Below are positions 25,878 to 35,648 of a DNA stretch of 64,000 nt, one piece after another. Position 1 is the stretch's first letter, and each line of letters starts with the position of its first letter. A program made the translations under genes and the position numbers. Below the pieces are notes generated by a model. It had not been told where the DNA came from and did not search any database. It saw nothing but the letters and a program-made list of their open reading frames with translations. The stretch is from Vicinamibacterales bacterium (GTDB lineage Bacteria > Acidobacteriota > Vicinamibacteria > Vicinamibacterales > CAVVIG01), in assembly GCA_046331345.1 (NCBI GenBank), contig JAXLRA010000006.1, positions 623,614 through 687,613 of the forward strand, read 5' to 3'.

Positions 25878-26849
25878 GTGATCGAGGTTCAACACCTCAC
25901 GAAACGCTACGGGCGCTTCACCGCGGTGGAGGACGTGAGTTTCCGCGTCGAACGCGGGGAGATTCTCGGATTCCTCGGCCCGAACGGCGCCGGCAAGAGC
26001 ACGACGATGCGCATCCTCACGGGCTACATGCCCGCCACCGAGGGCAAGGCCATCGTCGCGGGCTACGACGTGTTCGAGAACCCGGTCGAGGCCAAGCGCC
26101 GGACCGGCTACCTTCCGGAGACGCCGCCGCTCTATCCCGACATGACGGTCGAGGACTACCTGACCTTCGTCTCGAAGATCAAAGGTGTCCCGTCGGGCGA
26201 CCGGAAGCAGCGCATCAAGTACGTCATGGAGCGGACCCGCGTGGCCGACATGGCCGGGCGCCTCTGCTCGCGCCTGTCGAAGGGCTACAAGCAGCGCGTG
26301 GGCCTGGCACAGGCGCTCATCCACAACCCGGACGTCCTCATCCTCGACGAGCCGACCGCAGGCCTCGACCCGAAGCAGATCATCGAGACGCGCCAGTTGA
26401 TCAAGGAACTGGCCGGCGACCACACCATCGTGCTGAGCACGCACATCCTCCCCGAGGTGTCGCAGACCTGCCAGCGTGTGGTCATCATCAGCAAGGGACA
26501 CGTCGTGGCCGAGGACACGCCGGACAACCTGACCGCGCGGCTGCGCGGGTCGGTGTCGATGTACGTGCAGGTAGACGCACAGGGTGCCGACGCCAGTGCG
26601 GTGCTGGCGCAGGTGCCGGGTGTCACCACGGTGTCCGAATCGGAGCGGCATGGCGGCTCGGTCGGGTACGAAGTGGCCAGCGAGCAGGGACGCGACATCC
26701 GTCGCGAACTGGCGCAGGCCGTCGTCGGCCGGGGCTGGGGGCTGCTCGAACTGAGGCCGATGCGCGTCAGCCTCGAAGAGATCTTCCTCTCGCTGACGAC
26801 CGAGGAACAGCAGGCGCAGGCCGCCTCGGAGGAACCCGTCAATGCGTAA
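25878..26849 (+). CDS. ABC transporter ATP-binding protein (ABC-2 / GldA-like)
   Basis: GTG start with an AGGAG Shine-Dalgarno. It has Walker A (GPNGAGKST), the signature LSKGYKQR and Walker B (LILDEP). Confidence 0.9.
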   Translation: MIEVQHLTKRYGRFTAVEDVSFRVERGEILGFLGPNGAGKSTTMRILTGYMPATEGKAIVAGYDVFENPVEAKRRTGYLPETPPLYPDMTVEDYLTFVSKIKGVPSGDRKQRIKYVMERTRVADMAGRLCSRLSKGYKQRVGLAQALIHNPDVLILDEPTAGLDPKQIIETRQLIKELAGDHTIVLSTHILPEVSQTCQRVVIISKGHVVAEDTPDNLTARLRGSVSMYVQVDAQGADASAVLAQVPGVTTVSESERHGGSVGYEVASEQGRDIRRELAQAVVGRGWGLLELRPMRVSLEEIFLSLTTEEQQAQAASEEPVNA

Positions 26850-27609
26850 CGTCCTTGCGATTGCCCACAAGGAGCTGAAGTCCTACTTCGCGTCGCCCAT
26901 CGCGTACGTCGTCATCGGGCTCTTCGCTCTGCTCTACGGCTACTTCTTCGCGGTCATGCTGCAGTACTTCGTCCGCGCGAGCCTGAACGTCAACCCGATG
27001 CAGGGACCACAGAGCCTGAACATCAACCAGGACCTGCTGCGGCCGGCCATCTCGAACGTGCTGATCCTGCTGCTCTTCGTGCTGCCGGCCATGACGATGC
27101 GGGCCTACGCCGAGGAGCGCCGCAGCGGCACGATCGAACTGCTGCTCACCTCGCCGATCACCGACCTCGAAATCGTGATGGGCAAGTTCCTCGGTGCCCT
27201 GGGGCTGTACGCGGTGATGCTGTCGGTGACGCTGCCGCACATCGGCATCCTGTTCGCCTACGGGCAGCCGGAGTGGAAGCCGATCGTCACGACCTACCTC
27301 GGCCTCCTGCTGCTGGGTGGCGGCTTCATCTCGATCGGCCTCTTCATCTCGACGCTGACGACCAACCAGATCGTGGCCTACATCGGCACATTCTCGGCGC
27401 TGCTGATCCTGTGGGTCATCAGCTGGATCGGCAGCTTCTCGACCGGGCTCTTCACCGACCTGACGGCGTACCTCTCGCTCATCGATCACTTCGACGACTT
27501 CGCGAAGGGGGTCGTCGACACGACGCACCTGATTTACTACCTGAGCCTCATCACGCTCGGCCTCTTCCTGACCGCCAAGTCGGTCGACACTGAACGGTGG
27601 CGCGGCTAA
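26842..27609 (+). CDS. ABC-2 transporter permease (GldF-like)
   Basis: 255 aa, multi-transmembrane (IAHKELKSYFASPIAYVVIG). It overlaps the ATPase gene by 8 nt. Confidence 0.85.
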   Translation: MRNVLAIAHKELKSYFASPIAYVVIGLFALLYGYFFAVMLQYFVRASLNVNPMQGPQSLNINQDLLRPAISNVLILLLFVLPAMTMRAYAEERRSGTIELLLTSPITDLEIVMGKFLGALGLYAVMLSVTLPHIGILFAYGQPEWKPIVTTYLGLLLLGGGFISIGLFISTLTTNQIVAYIGTFSALLILWVISWIGSFSTGLFTDLTAYLSLIDHFDDFAKGVVDTTHLIYYLSLITLGLFLTAKSVDTERWRG

Positions 27610-29204
27610 TGAATCGCATCTTCAACATCATCAGCTGGCTTGGTATCGCGCTCGTCCTGGCCGCCGTTGGCGTTCGTGCGGCCATCGGCGTCGGCTACAT
27701 GAACGTGGCGCAGTCGCAGTTCGCGGTGTACCTCGCCTGGGCAGGCCTCGCCTGCATCCTCCTCTACATCGTCAGCCAGTGGCGCGAGATCCTGGACTTC
27801 TTCGGGACGCGCTCCGGCCGCTACGGCACGCTGGCCGCGACGAGCACGCTCATCTTCCTGGGCATCCTCGTGGCGGTGAACTACATCGGCAAGAAGCAGA
27901 ACAAGCGGTGGGACCTCACGGCCAACGCACAGTTCAGCCTCGCGGAGCAGAGCCGCAACGTGGTGGCGAAGCTGGACAAGCCGCTCCAGATCCAGGTCTA
28001 CGACAAGGAGCAGGAGTTCCAGCGCTATCGCGATCGCCTCAAGGAGTACGAGTACTCGTCCAAGCAGATCACGACCGAGTACATCGACCCCGACAAGAAG
28101 CCCGCGGCGGCGCAGGCGGCGAAGATCCAGCAGTACGGCACGGTGGTCTTCAACTACGCCGGACGCTCCGAGCGGACGACGGGCAGCACCGAGCAGGACT
28201 ACACCAACACCATCATCAAGGTGGTGAGCGGCCAGGTGCGGAAGCTGTACTTCACGCAGGGGCACGGTGAACACGACCTGAGCTCGGGCGATCGCGACGG
28301 CTACCAGGCGATCAATACGGCGCTCACCGGGGAGAACTACGGCGTCGAGAAGCTCGCGCTCGCGCAGAGCCCGAAGGTGCCGGACGATGCCACGGCGGTG
28401 ATCGTGGCCGGTCCCAAGACCGACTTCTTCAAGCCGGAAGTGGACGCCCTGCGCACGTACCTGGAGAACAACGGCAAGCTGCTGCTGATGCTCGACCCGT
28501 CGGACGGCAGCGTGGCGCCGCTCCCCAACCTCGTGACGCTCGCGCACGAGTGGGGCATCGACGTCACCGACACGCTCGTGGTGGATGCGAGCGGCATCGG
28601 CAGGCAGCTGGGTGCCGGTCCCGAAATGCCGATCGCGGCCAATTACCCGTCCCACCCGATCACCGATCGGTTCCGTGTGGCCTCGGCCTATCCGATCGCG
28701 CGCGGCCTGACGGTGGTGTCCGGCGGCGTGAACGGCCGCACGGCGTCGCCCGTGGTCGAGTCGAGCCCGCAGAGCTGGGCCGAAACCGACATGAAGTCGC
28801 TGCAGAGCGGTGGCGAGGTCACGCTCGACGAGGCCAAGGGCGACAAGCCCGGCCCCATCACCCTCGCGGCCGCGGTGAACGTGTCGAAGCCGGATGCCGC
28901 GCCGCCCACGCCGGGCCAGCCGGATGCGCCGAAGCCAGAAGCGCGGGTCGTCGTGTTCGGCGATTCCGACTTCGCGTCGAACGTGGTGTTCGGGTTCTCG
29001 GGGAACAAGGACCTCTTCATGAACACGGTCGGCTGGCTCTCGCAGCAGGAGAACCTCATCTCCATCCGCCCGAAGGAAGCGGCGGACCGCCGCCTGAAGT
29101 CACTCAGCGCCACCGAGCAGATCGTGCTCACCTACGCCTCGTGGCTGCTCATGCCGCTGGTGGTGTTCGGCGCGGGCATCTTCAGCTGGATGCGGAGGCG
29201 CTAG
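27609..29204 (+). CDS. GldG-like ABC-associated auxiliary protein
   Basis: ATG 27609 overlaps the permease stop (TAATG). It has N- and C-terminal transmembrane anchors flanking a large extracytoplasmic domain. Confidence 0.75.
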   Translation: MNRIFNIISWLGIALVLAAVGVRAAIGVGYMNVAQSQFAVYLAWAGLACILLYIVSQWREILDFFGTRSGRYGTLAATSTLIFLGILVAVNYIGKKQNKRWDLTANAQFSLAEQSRNVVAKLDKPLQIQVYDKEQEFQRYRDRLKEYEYSSKQITTEYIDPDKKPAAAQAAKIQQYGTVVFNYAGRSERTTGSTEQDYTNTIIKVVSGQVRKLYFTQGHGEHDLSSGDRDGYQAINTALTGENYGVEKLALAQSPKVPDDATAVIVAGPKTDFFKPEVDALRTYLENNGKLLLMLDPSDGSVAPLPNLVTLAHEWGIDVTDTLVVDASGIGRQLGAGPEMPIAANYPSHPITDRFRVASAYPIARGLTVVSGGVNGRTASPVVESSPQSWAETDMKSLQSGGEVTLDEAKGDKPGPITLAAAVNVSKPDAAPPTPGQPDAPKPEARVVVFGDSDFASNVVFGFSGNKDLFMNTVGWLSQQENLISIRPKEAADRRLKSLSATEQIVLTYASWLLMPLVVFGAGIFSWMRRR

Positions 29205-29208
29205 GGTC

Positions 29209-30552
29209 ATGCGCGGCATGAAGTCGACGCTCGCCCTGCTGGTGGTCCTCATCGGCCTCGGCGCGTACGCGTACTTCTACGCGTCGAAAGCCGAGGACAC
29301 CGGCCCGACGAACGAGAAGCTGTTCCCGGCGATCGCCTCGGACAACATCGAGGAGCTGACGGTCAAGAACGAGGGCGGCGAGACCACGACCCTCAAGAAG
29401 ATCGACGGCAAGTGGATGATCACGGCACCGGCGCAGGTGCGCGGGTCGGACATGGACGCGTCCGGCATCGCGAACGGCCTGGCCGGGCTCGAGATCACCC
29501 GCGTGGTGGACGAGAACCCGACCGACGTGAAGGACTACGGCCTCGAGGCGCCGACCACGGTGGTGACCTTCACGTCGAACGGCGGCAAGCCCGGCGGGAA
29601 GCTGATCATCGGCGGCAAGACCGCCACCGGCGGCAGCCTCTACGCCCGCAAGGACGACGAGAAGCGCGTGGTGCTGATCGGCGAGTACAACAGCAGCACG
29701 TTCAACAAGTCCACGTTCGACCTCCGCGACAAGGCCATCGTCTCCTTCGACCGGTCGAAGGTGGACGGGCTCGACGTCGTGATGGAGAAGGACGGGTTCG
29801 AGCTGACGAAGAAGGACGGCCAGTGGGCGATGGCGAAGCCGCTCGTCGCACGTGCCGATGCCTCGGCCGCCGACGGCCTGGTGACCGCTGTCGAGTCGCT
29901 GCAGATGAAGTCGGTCGTTGGTCCGTCCGCAACCGCGGAGGAGCTGAAGACGTACGGCCTCGACAAGCCGTCGGCGGTCGTCAACCTGCACCTCGGGACC
30001 GACCGCACGTCGGTGCTCGTCGGCGGACCGGCGGGTGAGGATACGGTCTACGCGAAGGACGCGGCCAGGCCGGACATCTACACGATCCAGAAGGCGGCGG
30101 CCGACGATCTGCGCAAGGTCGCGGAGGACTATCGCCGCAAGGATCTCTTCGACATGCGCGCCTTCACGGCGACGCACATCGAGATCACCCGCAACGGCAC
30201 GACCTACGGGTTCGACCGCATCAAGGGCAAGGACGAGACGGTGGCCGACACCTGGAAGCGGGTCACGCCAACGGCCGCCGAGCCGGACAAGGACAAGTTC
30301 CAGGCGTTCGTCGCCGCGCTGGCCGACATCCGCGCCGTCAGCTATGCGGATGCGAAGACGAAGACCGGCCTCGACGCGCCGGTCGCGACCATCGTGGTGA
30401 AGTTCGAAGACGGCAAGAAGGAAGAGAAGGTCCTGCTCGGCAAGAACGGCACGGACGCGTTCGCCTCCAGGCCGGACGACCCGGGCATCGCCCGGATCGA
30501 CACGACCAAGCTCGACGACGCCCTGAAGTCGATCGACGAGTTCGCCAAGTGA
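29209..30552 (+). CDS. DUF4340-like secreted or anchored protein
   Basis: It has an N-terminal anchor (MKSTLALLVVLIGLGAYAYFY) and repeated beta-rich modules. Its position after a GldG-like gene is typical. Confidence 0.65.
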   Translation: MRGMKSTLALLVVLIGLGAYAYFYASKAEDTGPTNEKLFPAIASDNIEELTVKNEGGETTTLKKIDGKWMITAPAQVRGSDMDASGIANGLAGLEITRVVDENPTDVKDYGLEAPTTVVTFTSNGGKPGGKLIIGGKTATGGSLYARKDDEKRVVLIGEYNSSTFNKSTFDLRDKAIVSFDRSKVDGLDVVMEKDGFELTKKDGQWAMAKPLVARADASAADGLVTAVESLQMKSVVGPSATAEELKTYGLDKPSAVVNLHLGTDRTSVLVGGPAGEDTVYAKDAARPDIYTIQKAAADDLRKVAEDYRRKDLFDMRAFTATHIEITRNGTTYGFDRIKGKDETVADTWKRVTPTAAEPDKDKFQAFVAALADIRAVSYADAKTKTGLDAPVATIVVKFEDGKKEEKVLLGKNGTDAFASRPDDPGIARIDTTKLDDALKSIDEFAK

Positions 30553-32072
30553 CAGGGCGGCTCCCTGCAGCCGTCCTCGCCCTCGGCCTGACGCTGGCGT
30601 GCAGCCGCACGCCGGCGCCGGCCCTCCCCTCCCCGCCGCCCTCACCGCCTGCCCAGGCCGCCGCGACATCAGGGGCCCCGCTCGAGGCCCTGCGGGCGCG
30701 CGTGGGCGCGATTCTCGCCGACCCGGCGGTGTCCGCGGGCACGTGGGGCGTCGCGGTGCGCTCGCTCACCACCCACGAGCCGCTGGTGGAAATCAACGCG
30801 CATCGGCTGCTCACGCCGGCTTCGACGCTGAAGATTGTCACGCTGGCCATCACGGCCGACCAGCTCGGCTGGGACTACACGTTCGACACGCGGGTGGCGA
30901 TGACCGGCCGTGTGAAGGACGGCGTCCTGGACGGCGACCTCGTCGTGGTCGGCTCCGGCGACCCGAGCTTCGACGACTGGGACGGCGCGGGCAGCACGGT
31001 GTTCGCCTCGTGGGCCGCCCGGCTGAAGGAACTCGGCATCACCACCATCGGCGGCCGCATCATCGGCAACGACGACGTGTTCACCGACGAGGGATACGGG
31101 TCGGGCTGGATGTGGGACGACATGGCCGAAGACTACTCGGCCCCGGCCAGCGGCCTGCAGTTCAACCAGGGAACCGCGCAGATCCTCGTCACCCCGGGTC
31201 CGGCAGGTGAGCCCGCCGTGCTCGCGCTCACGCCGAGCCACACGCGCTTCCCGATGATCAACCGGACGACCACGGTCGCGGCGGGCGGCCCGACGCGCCT
31301 GTCGCACAAGGCGCTGCCGCTCACGCCAGGCGCCGTGGTGTCCGGCACGATTGCGGCAGACGCGCCGAAGCAGGTTCGCAACGTCGCCATCGGCAACCCG
31401 ACGCTGTACTTCGCCAACGCGCTGCGCACGGGGCTGATCGCGAACGGCATCGACGTCCTGGGCGGCGCCGTGGACATGGACGATCTCGTGGACGCCCCTG
31501 TCGTGGATGCCGCCTCGGCCACGCTCACGCACCGCTCGCCCACGCTGCCGTCACTGGCCGACACGCTGATGAAGCTGAGCCAGAACCTCTATGCCGAGAC
31601 GTTCCTTCGCACCCTCGGCCGCGTGAAGGGCGCAGGCGGACACGCAGAGGCAGGCATCGATGTCGTGAAGGGCGTGCTTGCCTCGTGGGGCGCCCCCGTC
31701 AACGAACTCGTGCTCGCGGATGGCTCCGGCCTCTCGCGCTACAACCTGGTCTCTCCAGCGCTCATCGTGTCGGTGCTCGAGCACGTGCATGCCGACGATC
31801 GCCTGCGCGGGCCGTTCATCGCATCGCTGCCGGTGGCCGGCAAGGCCGGCACGCTCTCGAACCGGATGAAGGGCACCATCGCCGAGGGCAAGGTGCAGGC
31901 GAAGACCGGCTCGTTCACCAACGCGAGATCGATGGCGGGGTTCGTGGACAGCGCGGACGGCGAGCCGCTGGTGTTCGACATCATGACCAACAACTATGCG
32001 GCGCCGACGGCCCAGGTCGATCGGGTCAGCGACGCGATCGTCGCCGCGCTGGCGGAGTTCCGGCGGCAGTAG
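30549..32072 (+). CDS. dacB: D-alanyl-D-alanine carboxypeptidase/endopeptidase (PBP4, peptidase S13)
   Basis: It has a lipoprotein-like signal (LTLAC), SxxK (ASTLK), SxN (SQNLYAE), KTG (KTGSF) and VVVGSGDPSF. Confidence 0.88.
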   Translation: MTGRLPAAVLALGLTLACSRTPAPALPSPPPSPPAQAAATSGAPLEALRARVGAILADPAVSAGTWGVAVRSLTTHEPLVEINAHRLLTPASTLKIVTLAITADQLGWDYTFDTRVAMTGRVKDGVLDGDLVVVGSGDPSFDDWDGAGSTVFASWAARLKELGITTIGGRIIGNDDVFTDEGYGSGWMWDDMAEDYSAPASGLQFNQGTAQILVTPGPAGEPAVLALTPSHTRFPMINRTTTVAAGGPTRLSHKALPLTPGAVVSGTIAADAPKQVRNVAIGNPTLYFANALRTGLIANGIDVLGGAVDMDDLVDAPVVDAASATLTHRSPTLPSLADTLMKLSQNLYAETFLRTLGRVKGAGGHAEAGIDVVKGVLASWGAPVNELVLADGSGLSRYNLVSPALIVSVLEHVHADDRLRGPFIASLPVAGKAGTLSNRMKGTIAEGKVQAKTGSFTNARSMAGFVDSADGEPLVFDIMTNNYAAPTAQVDRVSDAIVAALAEFRRQ

Positions 32073-32119
32073 CGGGCGCCGTGCACGGCGTACGCGCGTC
32101 CGTCGCGAGAGCAGATCCG

Positions 32120-33919
32120 ATGATCGTCTTTGGCCTGAATCTGAGTCACGATGACTCGTGTGCGGCAGTGGTCGACGGCGAGGTCCGTGTCGCCATCGAG
32201 AACGAGCGCCTGAGCCGCATCAAGCACAACGAAGGGCGCAATGAGTTCGGCAAGATGGTGCCGTTCGCGTCCATCCACTACTGCTGCGAGACGCTCGGTA
32301 TCACGCCCGCGGACGTCGACCTCTGGGTCGTCAACTCCGTGCACCGGTCGGCCGTGGACATCATGCGGGCACAGGCGCTCGGCATCCCGGCGAAGAAGAT
32401 CATCGGGCTCGGGATCCCCGGCCACCACCTGGCGCACGCCTACTCCGCGTATTACTGCTCGCCCTTCGAGGACGCCGCCGTGATCGTGGTGGACACCAAC
32501 GGAGGCTACGCATACCGCGCCGGGACGCGGGAGCGGACGGGTCACTACCCATTCCCTCCCCTGCAGGACACGCGCGCCAGGCAGGAGAACTACTCCATCT
32601 ACGCCGGCCGGCAGGGACACCTGCGCGAAGTGGCCAAGGACTGGCTGCGCCAGGGCGAGATCGGCATCGGGCAGCTGTACATGCTCTACTCGGCGATGCT
32701 GCAGCTCACACCCCGTCCCTCCGGCTACTACGGGAAAGACGATGCCCTGGCGGCCGGGGGCAAGCTGATGGGGTACGCCGCCTACGACCTCGAACGCACG
32801 ACGCCGCCCCACGTCTGGCCGGCCCGCGGGGGACATCTCGCGATGGCCATGGCCGACTTCGTGGCGATGTTCCGGAAGCGTGGGTTCATTACCGCCGTGA
32901 AGCCCGGCGCAGACTGGAACCGCACGTGGTCGCACCAGCTGCAGCGGGTCGCCACGTTCAAGCCGCGCGAGTGCGATCTGCACGATCCCGCCTACGTGTC
33001 GCTCGGCGGCGAGGCGCAGCGGCTGATGGAAGAGGCCTTCCTCCGGATCGGCGAACTCGCCGCGAGGCGCACCGGCCTCACGAAGGTCTGCTTCGCGGGC
33101 GGCAACGCGCTCAACATCACGGCGCTGGCGCTCGAGATGGACCAGGGCCGCTTCACCGACATCTTCGTGCAGCCCGCCGCAAACGACGCCGGCAACGCCA
33201 TCGGCGCGGCGTTCTACGGCTATGTCTCGAAGGGCGGACGGAAGCGCCCCTACCTCTCGAAGCCGTACACGAGCTTCCTCGGGCGCACCTACTCGAGCCG
33301 CGATGTCGCGGAGGCGCTCCGCGCGATGCCCACCCCGCTCACCTTCACCCACGTGCGGCAGCCGCGTCGGGAGCAGATCGCGAGCGCACTGAAGCACCTG
33401 CTGGCGCAGCGGGTCATCGCCATCTGCCGGGGCGGGTCGGAATTCGGGCCTCGCGCGCTCGGACACCGGAGCCTGCTCGCCAGCCCCAGGCGCGCCGCGA
33501 TGACGACGACGCTCAACCGGATCAAGGGACGTGAGTGGTACCGTCCGGTCGCCCCGATGGTCTGCGAGGAGGACTTCGAGCGCTACTTCGAGGGGCCCGT
33601 GACACGCATGCCGTTCATGACCCTGTCGGCACGCGTCAGCCCCACGGGCCGGAAGTGGATCCCGGCGGCGTGCCATGTCGACGGCTCTGCGCGCGTGCAG
33701 ACGGTGTCCCGGCAGAGCGACCCGTTCATGCACGCGCTGCTCAAGGCGCACGAAGCCGAGTCGGGCGTACCGGTCCTGATCAACACGTCCTTCAACTTCG
33801 GCGGTGAGCCCATCGTGGAGACACCGGCCGACGCCATCGCCAGCTTCGCGAGGACGAAGGGCGTGGCCTGCCTGCTCGTGGAAGACTACTGCCTCGAGAA
33901 GCGCAGCCTCGGAGCCTGA
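32120..33919 (+). CDS. carbamoyltransferase (NodU/CmcH family)
   Basis: ORF 31685..33919 trimmed to ATG 32120 (MIVFGLNLSHDDSCAAVVDGEVRVAIENERLSRIKH). The C-terminal domain reads GPRALGHRSLLA...NTSFNFGGEPIV. Confidence 0.88.
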   Translation: MIVFGLNLSHDDSCAAVVDGEVRVAIENERLSRIKHNEGRNEFGKMVPFASIHYCCETLGITPADVDLWVVNSVHRSAVDIMRAQALGIPAKKIIGLGIPGHHLAHAYSAYYCSPFEDAAVIVVDTNGGYAYRAGTRERTGHYPFPPLQDTRARQENYSIYAGRQGHLREVAKDWLRQGEIGIGQLYMLYSAMLQLTPRPSGYYGKDDALAAGGKLMGYAAYDLERTTPPHVWPARGGHLAMAMADFVAMFRKRGFITAVKPGADWNRTWSHQLQRVATFKPRECDLHDPAYVSLGGEAQRLMEEAFLRIGELAARRTGLTKVCFAGGNALNITALALEMDQGRFTDIFVQPAANDAGNAIGAAFYGYVSKGGRKRPYLSKPYTSFLGRTYSSRDVAEALRAMPTPLTFTHVRQPRREQIASALKHLLAQRVIAICRGGSEFGPRALGHRSLLASPRRAAMTTTLNRIKGREWYRPVAPMVCEEDFERYFEGPVTRMPFMTLSARVSPTGRKWIPAACHVDGSARVQTVSRQSDPFMHALLKAHEAESGVPVLINTSFNFGGEPIVETPADAIASFARTKGVACLLVEDYCLEKRSLGA

Positions 33920-33922
33920 CCG

Positions 33923-34870
33923 ATGTCAGCCGGTCGCCCAAACGGCACCGTGTCCGGAGCCACGGGTTACCTGCACCCGGGGTACGCCGCCTCGTTCACC
34001 GGGGACGGAACAACGGCGCGGAGCCTCCCGAACTGCGGCGGCTGGCTCGTCGAGCGTCCCATTCCGGACTCTCACGCCCGCGACGGCATGGGCTGCTACC
34101 CGATGTTCGCGTGCCGTGACTGGTCCGCGCTCGGCCACGACCTCGAATACATCGGCCCTGATCTCGTCAGCGTCACGCTCGTCACCGATCCGTTCGGCGC
34201 CTGCGACGAGGCGGCGCTGGCCGCGGTCTTCGACCGTGTGGTGCCCTACAAGCAGCACTACGTCGCCGACCTCACGCGGCCGCGCCGGGATGTGATGACG
34301 GCGGACCGCGAGCGGTGTGCGGCCCTGGCTCGCAAGCGGGGCGTCACGGTCGAGGAGGTGGCCCACCCACCAGACCTGATCGACGAGTGGGCCGCGCTCT
34401 ACAGCCGTGCGATGCAGCGGCTCGATGCCCGGGGGCCGGTCCTCTCGCGCGAGACGGTGCTCGCACAGTTGCACCTGCCCGGCATCGTCATGCTGCGGGC
34501 GGCCTGCCGCGAGGCAACGGTCGGCCTGGGCCTGTTCGCCATTCATGACGACGTCGCGTATGCGCACCTCGTGGCGATGGCCGACAGCGCACACGAACTC
34601 CGGGTCTCGTGCGCCCTGTACTACGACGCGATCGAGCGCCTCTCGGGCCGCGTCCGGTGGATCGATTGGGGTGGAGTGGCCGGGCCCGCCGACAATCCCG
34701 ACGATGGGCTCGCCCGCTTCAAGCGGGGCTGGTCGTCCGGGCAGCGCACGGCCTTCCTCTGCATGCGCATCCTGGACCGGGAGCAGTACGCGGCACTCAC
34801 CGAGGCACGCCGCCGAACCGGCTCGGCATACCTGCCCGCGTATCGGGCGCCGGCGCCCGACCCGGACTGA
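33923..34870 (+). CDS. FemAB-like / Acetyltransf_6 GNAT-family protein
   Basis: The C-terminal half reads LYSRAMQRL...HLVAMADSAHELRVSCALYYDAIE...IDWGGVAG...GLARFKRGW, as in BioF2-like/FemAB-like acyltransferases. Confidence 0.6.
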   Translation: MSAGRPNGTVSGATGYLHPGYAASFTGDGTTARSLPNCGGWLVERPIPDSHARDGMGCYPMFACRDWSALGHDLEYIGPDLVSVTLVTDPFGACDEAALAAVFDRVVPYKQHYVADLTRPRRDVMTADRERCAALARKRGVTVEEVAHPPDLIDEWAALYSRAMQRLDARGPVLSRETVLAQLHLPGIVMLRAACREATVGLGLFAIHDDVAYAHLVAMADSAHELRVSCALYYDAIERLSGRVRWIDWGGVAGPADNPDDGLARFKRGWSSGQRTAFLCMRILDREQYAALTEARRRTGSAYLPAYRAPAPDPD

Positions 34871-34878
34871 CAGGCGCC

Positions 34879-35631
34879 TTACCGGCCAGGCGGCGTGAGC
34901 GAGACCGCGTAGGAGCCGTCTTCCTCCGCCAGCAGCCGCACCTGCCACCCTGCGGATTCGGCGAGTGTCCTGAACACCTCGAGGTTTATGAGGAGGTGCG
35001 TGAGCAGCGGACTCTCGACGCTGCCGTAGCGAACGACCAATTGCCGCTGCTGGAGCGGCGGTGGCACGCCGTCCTCACTCGACGGACTCGAGAAGTCACC
35101 AACGAGGTGTCCGCCCGGGGCGAGCGCCGGGGCGATGTCGGCGAGCATCGCGCGCAGTCCGTCGGGATCGCCGGCCAGCCCGAGGCCGTTGCCGAACAGC
35201 ATGATCGTGTCGAACGTGTCCGGAAACTGGCGGGCCACGTCACGCCAGTCGGCACACATGACGCGGTGCACGCCCCTGGCCCGCATCACCTCGACCGCAC
35301 CGGGCGAGACATCCACCGCGAGCGGAGCAAGGCCACGCTCCTGGAGGACCAGGCTCGCGCGTCCGGCACCGCCTCCGATGTCCAGTACGGCGCCGCGGCA
35401 CGCGTCGAGCACGGCGGCCTCGATCGCGGTAGTGGGCGGCACGTCGAAGAATGCCGCGGTGGGCTGGGGCGGCCCTTCTTCCCCCTGTTCGACCAGCACG
35501 TAGTACTGGTCACCGGGGCACCGCTGGTACTCGAGCAGCGCCAGACCAATCGCGTCGGAACTCGACGGCAGCCCGGAATCCTGCGCCTGCACCGCCGAAT
35601 TATAGCTGCCGGAGGGATCCGCCGAAATCAT
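34879..35631 (-). CDS. class I SAM-dependent methyltransferase
   Basis: It has motif I (VLDIGGGAGRASL) and FDTIMLFGNGLG. The start is uncertain: ATG 35631 leaves only a few nt to the divergent DegT gene. Confidence 0.7.
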   Translation of the reverse strand: MISADPSGSYNSAVQAQDSGLPSSSDAIGLALLEYQRCPGDQYYVLVEQGEEGPPQPTAAFFDVPPTTAIEAAVLDACRGAVLDIGGGAGRASLVLQERGLAPLAVDVSPGAVEVMRARGVHRVMCADWRDVARQFPDTFDTIMLFGNGLGLAGDPDGLRAMLADIAPALAPGGHLVGDFSSPSSEDGVPPPLQQRQLVVRYGSVESPLLTHLLINLEVFRTLAESAGWQVRLLAEEDGSYAVSLTPPGR

Positions 35632-35648
35632 GGACGATGGGTGGAACC

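Noticed and set aside
31685-32119. N-terminal extensions of long ORFs taken at face value. Examples: 31685..33919, 37829..40123, 22686..25022, 21040..22626, 4874..5956, 46840..47832.
   Set aside because: The extensions overlap the preceding genes in another frame and are Arg/Pro-rich. Family-typical N-termini (often with a Shine-Dalgarno or an ATGA coupling) begin at internal start codons, so the starts were trimmed.
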